Shown here in pieces: positions 58,025 to 64,000 of a DNA stretch of 64,000 bases. The position numbers and the translations under genes were made by a program. Below the pieces are notes generated by a model that did not search any database, was not told the DNA's origin, and was given only the letters and a program-made list of their open reading frames with translations. The stretch lies in NCBI GenBank assembly GCA_041666305.1, contig JBAYHD010000001.1, positions 18,149-82,148 on the forward strand. The letters are read 5' to 3'. Numbering within the stretch: the stretch's first letter is position 1; each line of letters begins with the position of its first letter. This DNA comes from Minisyncoccota bacterium. Its GTDB lineage: Bacteria > Patescibacteriota > Minisyncoccia > Phycocordibacterales > Phycocordibacteraceae.

Positions 58025-58372
58025 TTACAAATCTTTCTTGCAGGTCGTTGCGGCCGGATCGGCCTCGAGCCGTTCTTCCTCCATCTTTTCGCCGCAGACT
58101 TCGCATATCCCGTACGTCTTCTTTTCGATACGAGAAAGCGCCGAAATGATAGAGTCATATCGAGCTTCGAGATCGGCAAGGATGGCGGTATTTGTCTCGC
58201 GACTTGTAACGGCGTCCGCCTGATCTATGAGGTCGGCTTCATTCCCGGTCTCGGACGGAATGGCTTCCCAGTCTCCGGGAACCGAAAGATTGGGGCGGCC
58301 GACGCTTCCCATTTCTGCTTCTAGTTTCGCCTTTTCGGCCTCAAGTTTTTTCCTAAAGTGTTCAGTCTTCAT
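58025..58372 (-). CDS. DksA/TraR-family C4-type zinc-finger protein
   Basis: 115 aa. Coiled-coil N-terminus plus YGICEVCGEKMEEERLEADPAATTCKKDL. Confidence 0.7.
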   Translation of the reverse strand: MKTEHFRKKLEAEKAKLEAEMGSVGRPNLSVPGDWEAIPSETGNEADLIDQADAVTSRETNTAILADLEARYDSIISALSRIEKKTYGICEVCGEKMEEERLEADPAATTCKKDL

Positions 58373-58395
58373 GCAAGGATAATAGCAGACTGGCG

Positions 58396-59628
58396 TCAGG
58401 GCGTACGGGAAGTCGCAAGACGCGCGATTATTTCGGAAAACGCCGCGGCGTCGCGCGCAATGATGAGCGTCGTTTGGTTCCAGTATCCGTAGAGCATCAC
58501 CGTGCGACTATTACTGTCACGATAGACGCGCACATCATGATTTGCGACAGTGGCATCAAAAAACGACGGCACAGTCGTTGGTGCAGGCGACACAGGTTTG
58601 CCCGCCGGTACGCTCGGCGTTGTGACTCGAGGTGAACTGGTCGACACCGCTGAAGTGGTTGAGGCTATCGCAACCGTAGAGGTTGCCAGAGGTTGCACAA
58701 TAACCGGTGACGGATAGGGTGGATACAATTTGGCAAGATCGCGCGGCATCGATTTTTCCCACAACAGCATACCAGCGAACGTATTGCTGTATGACGAGAC
58801 GGAAAGTATGAAAAACGGGCTCTGCACGCCGCCCACATTCACAACACCGGCCATGCTTTGCGAAGCGTTGATGTTGCGCAACAGAGCGCCGGGCGCCGGC
58901 AATTGCAATGCGGAAAAGACGCTTGTGGAAGTCGCGTTTTCCAGATACAGAAGTCGCACATTCCCCACCGCAAGCTGGCTTGCAACCGATTGTTGTACGG
59001 CTTGCATGAGCGCCGTACCGGTGCCGGCCACCGGTTTTCTATCATCAACGAATATCGGAGCAATTGCGCCGGAAATCAGTACCACGGGTACGGATGAAGC
59101 GATGTATTGCGTATAGGCAAAGTATGCCCCCACCCCGCTCGCAATGATAAGTATTGCCCCGCCGATGCTGTACAGAATATTGCTGCGCGAAAATTTCGAC
59201 GGCTGTACCTGCACAAGCATTGGGGCCGAATCTTGTTCGGCCGCAAGCACAGTCGCCGTCGAAGCCTGCATGGTATTCATGCGCTCGGTGAAGTCGCTCG
59301 CGTATGTTTGTATCGGCGACGCCTTCGGTTCCTCAACTGCAGGATGTTGTAGAACGAAACGTTCACCCGGAGCTATCGCGACGGTTCCCAAGGGAGTCGA
59401 AACAGGAAGGGGTTGTTCTGTGGGCGGTGAAACCGGTGCTTCCGGAACCACTGGTGCCGGGACCGGCGCTGATACAGGCGCGGAGACAGGGGCCGGTACC
59501 GGTTGTGCGGGCGCACCGCCTTTCTTTAAAAGTTCCAGATCGCCATGAAACGTGCGGATGTGCTGCTTCGGTTTTTCCGCATCAGCCGGCGCATTTAGTG
59601 GTGTGGGTAGTGTCGGCGGCATATCCAT
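58396..59628 (-). CDS. proline-rich, single-TM anchored hypothetical protein
   Basis: 410 aa. PAQPVPAPVSAPVSAPVPAPVVPEAPVSPP, TM ILYSIGGAILIIASGVGAYFAY, beta-rich C-domain. Confidence 0.45.
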   Translation of the reverse strand: MDMPPTLPTPLNAPADAEKPKQHIRTFHGDLELLKKGGAPAQPVPAPVSAPVSAPVPAPVVPEAPVSPPTEQPLPVSTPLGTVAIAPGERFVLQHPAVEEPKASPIQTYASDFTERMNTMQASTATVLAAEQDSAPMLVQVQPSKFSRSNILYSIGGAILIIASGVGAYFAYTQYIASSVPVVLISGAIAPIFVDDRKPVAGTGTALMQAVQQSVASQLAVGNVRLLYLENATSTSVFSALQLPAPGALLRNINASQSMAGVVNVGGVQSPFFILSVSSYSNTFAGMLLWEKSMPRDLAKLYPPYPSPVIVQPLATSTVAIASTTSAVSTSSPRVTTPSVPAGKPVSPAPTTVPSFFDATVANHDVRVYRDSNSRTVMLYGYWNQTTLIIARDAAAFSEIIARLATSRTP

Positions 59629-59713
59629 TCACCTCCAATTCTAGCAGGCTCTAGGCACTAGGCCCTAGGCACTAGCGGGGGAATAGCTAAAGCCTAGCGC
59701 CTGCTTCGCTGGC

Positions 59714-60223
59714 CTAACGGCTAGTTATGGTGAACTTCCGTGGATCGATGTCCATATCGGTAAATGCGTGCGCCGCTTCTTTCAATTTCGCGGACGAAGA
59801 TTTGCCGAAAGAAATAACCTCCACCTGCATGCCGTGCATATCGAGATATTCGATGAGCGGCACGAAATCGCCATCGCCGGACGCGATGATGACGGTGTCG
59901 AGCTTGTCTGCGAGCTTTATCGCGTCTACCGCGAGTCCGACGTCCCAGTCGGCTTTCTTTGCGCCGTCGGCGAAGACCTGGAGGTCTTTCACTTTTGTTT
60001 CAATGCCGATCTTAGTGAGCGCCTCAAAGAAGTTCGTCTCTTCCCCGCTCTCCGTGGAGATGACGTAGGCGATGGCGCGCACGAGTATGCGGCCGCCGAC
60101 TGCCTCTTCAAGGACTTTTGCGAAGTTCACGCGCGCTTTGTAGAGATGCTTGGCGCTGTGATAGAGATTTTGCGTGTCGATGAATACGCCCACACGCTGA
60201 GCTGGATGTTTGATAACTGCCAT
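59714..60223 (-). CDS. NYN (LabA-like, PIN-related) domain protein
   Basis: 169 aa. RVGVFIDTQNLY...DWDVGLAVDAI...TVIIASGDGDFVPLIEYL. Confidence 0.7.
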   Translation of the reverse strand: MAVIKHPAQRVGVFIDTQNLYHSAKHLYKARVNFAKVLEEAVGGRILVRAIAYVISTESGEETNFFEALTKIGIETKVKDLQVFADGAKKADWDVGLAVDAIKLADKLDTVIIASGDGDFVPLIEYLDMHGMQVEVISFGKSSSAKLKEAAHAFTDMDIDPRKFTITSR

Positions 60224-60330
60224 ATAAACTAGTTAGTTAGGCGCTAGGCTCTAGGAACCTAGCAATTCATGTAAATGCGGCACTTGCCACTTCTTCATAC
60301 TACCACTCTTTTTCTAGCGCCTAAGGCCTG

Positions 60331-60597
60331 TTATTTTTTCAAGCCTAGTTTCTTGATAAGCGCGTTGTAGCGGCGCTTGTCGTTGGTTTCGAGATAACGG
60401 AGGTGCGAGCGGCGATCGGCAACCATCTGCAAGAGACCCCGGCGAGAATGGAAATCCTTCGGGTTCTTCTTCAAATGCTTCGCGAGTTCGTCGATCTGCT
60501 TGGAAAGAAGCGCGACCTGCACATCCGGCGAGCCGGTGTCAGTATCGTGCCGGGCAGTGCTTTTCATCACTGCCGCCTTTTTCTTAGTAGTAAGCAT
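60331..60597 (-). CDS. rpsO: 30S ribosomal protein S15
   Basis: 88 aa. TGSPDVQVALLSKQIDELAKHLKKNPKDFHSRRGLLQMVADRRSHLRYL. Confidence 0.92.
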   Translation of the reverse strand: MLTTKKKAAVMKSTARHDTDTGSPDVQVALLSKQIDELAKHLKKNPKDFHSRRGLLQMVADRRSHLRYLETNDKRRYNALIKKLGLKK

Positions 60598-60679
60598 GAG
60601 TAGGACTACCTTACCACGCCTTGCTTAAACGCGCAAGTGTCGCAGAATGAAGTGCGCACAATATTGTTATACTTTCCCT

Positions 60680-61615
60680 ATGAATGCTGAGGCCGCAAAA
60701 CGCCAATTCCTTGAATACATAGAGATAGAGCGCGGGCGCGCGGTGAAGACTATCGAGAATTACGACCGCTACCTCACTCGCTTTTTCGAACAGATGAAAA
60801 TCAAGAATGTCGGGGACATCACCGAACAGAACGTCCGCGAATTCCGCCTCTGGCTCAACCGTCAGAAAGGCACGACGCACCCCAAAGGGGCCCCTTCGGG
60901 GATGAAGCGTCGCACCCAGAACTACTACATGATTGCGCTTCGCGCATTTCTCAAATTCCTCCGCAAACGCGATATCGAAGCCATTTCACCGGAAAAGATA
61001 GAGCTCGCGAAGCTCCCCGAACGCCAACTTGATCTCATCACGCCCGCGGAACTGGAACGGCTTATGAAAGCGCCCGGCGAAGCCTACAAGAAAGAGCCCG
61101 ACGAGGATAAAAAGCTCCATTACCTGCGCGACAGCGCCATTCTTGAACTACTCTTCTCCACTGGCCTGCGCGTGTCCGAGCTCTGTGCGCTTAACTCTGA
61201 TATGGACCTATCGCGCGATGAATTATCAGTACGAGGAAAAGGCGAGAAAGTGCGCGTTGTATTCCTCTCCCCTGCCGCGAAAGAAGCCGTGCGCGATTAT
61301 TTGAAAGTCCGCAAAGATATGGAGGAAGCATTATTCGTGGACGGCCGGCCGAACGCGCCTCATCGCATAACTCCGCGCGACATCCAGCGACACTTAAAGG
61401 GCTACGTCGCCCGCGCCGGCATCACGAACGTCGTGACGCCTCACACGCTCCGCCACGCCTTCGCCACCGACTTGTTATCGAATGGTGCGGACATCCGCAG
61501 TGTCCAACAGCTCCTCGGCCACGCCTCCATCAACACCACGCAAATTTACACGCACATTACGGATAGTCATTTGCGAGAAATACACAAGAAGTTCCATGGT
61601 CGGAATCGTAGTTAG
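60680..61615 (+). CDS. xerC: tyrosine recombinase XerC/XerD-like
   Basis: Core-binding N-domain, then C-terminal HTLRHAFATDLLSNGADIRSVQQLLGHASINTTQIYTHI (R..H.R..Y catalytic residues). ATG 60680 preferred over 60647. Carries a GC-palindrome insertion at 60880..60901 (HPKGAPSGMK). Confidence 0.85.
   Translation: MNAEAAKRQFLEYIEIERGRAVKTIENYDRYLTRFFEQMKIKNVGDITEQNVREFRLWLNRQKGTTHPKGAPSGMKRRTQNYYMIALRAFLKFLRKRDIEAISPEKIELAKLPERQLDLITPAELERLMKAPGEAYKKEPDEDKKLHYLRDSAILELLFSTGLRVSELCALNSDMDLSRDELSVRGKGEKVRVVFLSPAAKEAVRDYLKVRKDMEEALFVDGRPNAPHRITPRDIQRHLKGYVARAGITNVVTPHTLRHAFATDLLSNGADIRSVQQLLGHASINTTQIYTHITDSHLREIHKKFHGRNRS
60880..60901. repeat. GC-rich palindromic element copy (CCCCAAAGGGGCCCCTTCGGGG) embedded in-frame in xerC-like gene
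   Basis: Same motif as 52737..52758 and 53079..53102. Confidence 0.7.
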
Positions 61616-61620
61616 CGAGA

Positions 61621-61738
61621 CCTGCCCCGTAAGCAAAGCTTTCTCTCTGCGCTCATTCGGGAATATTGAAGTCAGACTTCAATTTCTCCTCATTCGCTTG
61701 ATAGTAGCCAAGCATTCTGATGCTTGTGGTACCGGGGT
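61621..61738. repeat. second copy of the CCTGCCCCGTA...GTAGCCAAGCATTCTGATGCTTGTGGTACCGGGGT element (see 37967..38009) split by a 72-bp insert containing a TTGAAGTC-A-GACTTCAA palindrome
   Basis: Direct comparison. Confidence 0.55.
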
Positions 61739-61817
61739 CCACAAAAAATTCCACGGGAAACATCGTGGCTGAATAAAAAGAACGCGGCGCTCTCGTGAGC
61801 GCCGCAGGTGGTTTGGG

Positions 61818-62237
61818 TTAATTCGCACTTTGTACCTTCGCTACCATCTCTTGAAGTTCTTCTCTATTGAGCACGCACCACCGAAATATCTCGTTTTTGT
61901 CGCGGCCCACGAGTAGAAAAGTTTCTTTGTCTTCCCACTCTGGGTATTCCTCGTCCTTTTTATCAAACACTTCGAGAAGCGAGACCCGCAGAATGTTCTC
62001 TCCGGCGATGAAGGCCTTGTTCCCCACCCAAAAATTGCATCCGTATTCGCATATTCCCCATTCGTCCCAGTTCACTTCTTTCGCTGGCCTCTTCAGATGA
62101 TGTATGGGGTAGAAAACTGAAGATCCGGGGCTGGCATGTGTTGCAGGTATCGTAATGGTTCCATTCTTCTTAGCCACATCTTTCTCCTCATAAAGGGCAA
62201 CCGTCAGGGAGTATAAACCCACATTCCACAAAAACAA
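61818..62237 (-). CDS. hypothetical protein
   Basis: 139 aa, TTG start in the ORF track. Trp/Glu-rich, no motif. Confidence 0.35.
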   Translation of the reverse strand: MFLWNVGLYSLTVALYEEKDVAKKNGTITIPATHASPGSSVFYPIHHLKRPAKEVNWDEWGICEYGCNFWVGNKAFIAGENILRVSLLEVFDKKDEEYPEWEDKETFLLVGRDKNEIFRWCVLNREELQEMVAKVQSAN

Positions 62238-62258
62238 AAGGCGACCGCGGTCGCCTTT

Positions 62259-62498
62259 TTACTTCATTGCGTGAAGTTTTGCTTTCACGTTGATCTGCCT
62301 CTGGCACCAGCGGATCACTTCCGGCGGGCAAGTCGACACATCGTGCAAGAACTTCAGGAATGCATCGCGTCTTTCTTGCGTATCGCCAAGCACCTCCGCA
62401 AAGATCTGGTACTCGCGAAAATTTGGCTTGCCTGACTTCTTAAAGTGCGCGATGGTTTCGTCAAACAAAAGATTTACTGCATTATGCTGTGTGTACAT
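62259..62498 (-). CDS. hypothetical small protein
   Basis: 79 aa, no motif. Confidence 0.35.
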   Translation of the reverse strand: MYTQHNAVNLLFDETIAHFKKSGKPNFREYQIFAEVLGDTQERRDAFLKFLHDVSTCPPEVIRWCQRQINVKAKLHAMK

Positions 62499-62588
62499 GG
62501 TCCGTCTCCCCTTTTCAATTACCCATCTCCTACAACTGCCGAGAAATAGTTTTTGTTGCAGTACCCTGCAAAATGATATTCTTGGGGA

Positions 62589-63398
62589 ATGAACCCCATT
62601 AGAAAGCTCGATGACTCGCGTTCAAACGGGGCAAGAATAGTGTCGTGGAACGTGAACGGATTGCGATCGCTCGCCAATAATGGGTACTGGGAATCATTTT
62701 TGAACAGCGTTAAGCCCGACATCTTCTGTCTCCAAGAAACCAAGGCGAATCCCGACCAACTTACCGAGCAGTTCCTCTCCCCTGCCGGATATTCTGCCTT
62801 CTTTTCTTCCTGCCAAGTACGTAAGGGCTACAGTGGTGTCGCATTGTATTCGAAAACTGAACCCCTGAAAGTGATTTATGGCATGGGCATCCCGGAATTC
62901 GACCAGGAGGGCCGCCTCATCGGCGCAGAATATGACGACTTCTGGCTCATTAATGCCTACTTCCCCAATGGCGGTCAGGGTCCCGAGCGGCTCGACTACA
63001 AAATGCGTTTTTACGATGCCTTCCTCGCTTTTGCAGAAAAACTGCGCAAGCAAAAACCCGTTATTTTCTGCGGCGACGTAAACACCGCCCACGAAGAAAT
63101 CGATCTCGCTCAGCCGAAGAAATATGAGAACAGTACCGGCTTTTTGCCCGATGAGCGGGCATGGATAGATGAAGTCGTGAGTGCCGGTTATATAGATTCA
63201 TACCGTCATTTTCATCCGCATACCAAAGACGCCTATTCCTACTGGGACCTTTTCACCCGCGCGCGAGATCGTAATGATGGCTGGCGCATCGACTACTTCT
63301 TTGTCGCTAACGAATTCATGAAGCGCGTCAAAAGTGCCGAGATCCATCCCGATATTTACGGCTCCGACCACTGTCCTATCTCAGTAACTCTGAGATAG
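62589..63398 (+). CDS. xth: exodeoxyribonuclease III (AP endonuclease, EEP family)
   Basis: 269 aa. IVSWNVNGLRS...DIFCLQETK...FCGDVNTAHEEIDL...GYIDSYRHFHP...WDLFTRARDRNDGWRIDYFFV...GSDHCPISV. Confidence 0.92.
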   Translation: MNPIRKLDDSRSNGARIVSWNVNGLRSLANNGYWESFLNSVKPDIFCLQETKANPDQLTEQFLSPAGYSAFFSSCQVRKGYSGVALYSKTEPLKVIYGMGIPEFDQEGRLIGAEYDDFWLINAYFPNGGQGPERLDYKMRFYDAFLAFAEKLRKQKPVIFCGDVNTAHEEIDLAQPKKYENSTGFLPDERAWIDEVVSAGYIDSYRHFHPHTKDAYSYWDLFTRARDRNDGWRIDYFFVANEFMKRVKSAEIHPDIYGSDHCPISVTLR

Positions 63399-64000
63399 GA
63401 ACTGTTCTCAGCCTCGAGTCTTCGAGAGGACTGATGCCCCGTAGCAAGTACTCCTGCGAAGTGGGTATCATTACTCTCTCATAATCTATAAAGGACACTT
63501 ATCCACAGGGTGTCCTTTACAATGTCCTTTAGTAGACTATCCTCTACTCCAGAGGCAGCGGCTCGTTACTTCGGTGAGGAGTTGCTTCCTGCGGGTGTTC
63601 TTTCTTGGTCTTTCCATCGGCGCTCTGCCTTCTGTGCGAGGCGTCTGCCTGCGCTGCGGCGATCCGCTACACAAGCCATTCGGCATGACTTCCTTGTTTT
63701 CGGAAGTGCCAGTGTGCAAAATATCATCAATCGAAACAAGCCGCCCTCATTTCTCCGGCTCGAGCACCATTTACGCCCCTGCTCCTTTTACGCTCTAGCC
63801 ACCATTGGGTGGCTTCGTTGTTTGTATTATATGAAAAGTGTTCCACGTGGAACACATGCTGTGTCAGCAAACGTGGTGGCGTTCCATTATCTGGCGTACT
63901 TCCTCATCTTCTGCCGCCTCTCGACGCTCTTTTCCTGATTCTCCAAGCTTTTTGAGCTCATCTTCAGTCATTTTGAGGAGTTCCTCGGTCCTTTTATCAA

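Noticed and set aside
63510-63938. 142-aa ORF at the window end, and a minus-strand ORF fragment entering from the right edge (ends ~63862)
   Set aside because: No SD and no recognisable domain. Composition is consistent with chance ORFs. The edge fragment is too short to call.

Overview
This 64-kb window is moderately GC-rich bacterial DNA. Its gene content suggests a Candidate Phyla Radiation (Patescibacteria)-like genome; this is inference. Supporting signs are no rpmD between rpsE and rplO, long low-complexity extensions on S5/S10/S17/S19/RNase J, many tiny membrane proteins, and weak Shine-Dalgarno usage. The core is housekeeping. It includes a partial HlyD-like adaptor, groES-groEL, secG, an orphan SBP, RNase J, paired Nth/MutY-like glycosylases, infC-rpmI-rplT, ndk, comM, dksA-like, rpsO, xerC-like, xth, a UvrD-like helicase and rsmA. 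On the minus strand sits an almost complete str-S10-spc superoperon: rpsL-rpsG-fusA-tuf-rpsJ-rplC-rplD-rplW-rplB-rpsS-rplV-rpsC-rplP-rpmC-rpsQ-rplN-rplX-rplE-rpsN-rpsH-rplF-rplR-rpsE-rplO-secY-adk-map. The most unusual feature is that this normally contiguous superoperon is interrupted four times by small, mostly convergent accessory genes. Two interruptions carry paralogous wHTH/PaaX-like genes with a Cas2-like motif. One (26796..27377) is flanked by a perfect 39-bp palindromic direct repeat; the other (35130..35744) is flanked by a related palindromic element family and duplicated terminator hairpins. A second recurring architecture is host gene 3' end, then a convergent small cargo gene, then a degenerate duplicate of the same host 3' end; it occurs at fusA and at a PLD-like gene. 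Other notable items are a 22-24-bp GC palindrome (GCCCCGAAGGGGCCCCTTCGGGGC) embedded in-frame in two conserved genes, a TIR-like domain protein with an unknown C-terminal domain, a VirB6/TrbL-like polytopic protein in an operon with large secreted proteins upstream of rpsL, conserved 5'-leader hairpins before rpsL and rpsS, and two HhH-GPD glycosylases that both lack an intact Cys4 Fe-S motif. No rRNA, tRNA or CRISPR array was recognised by eye.
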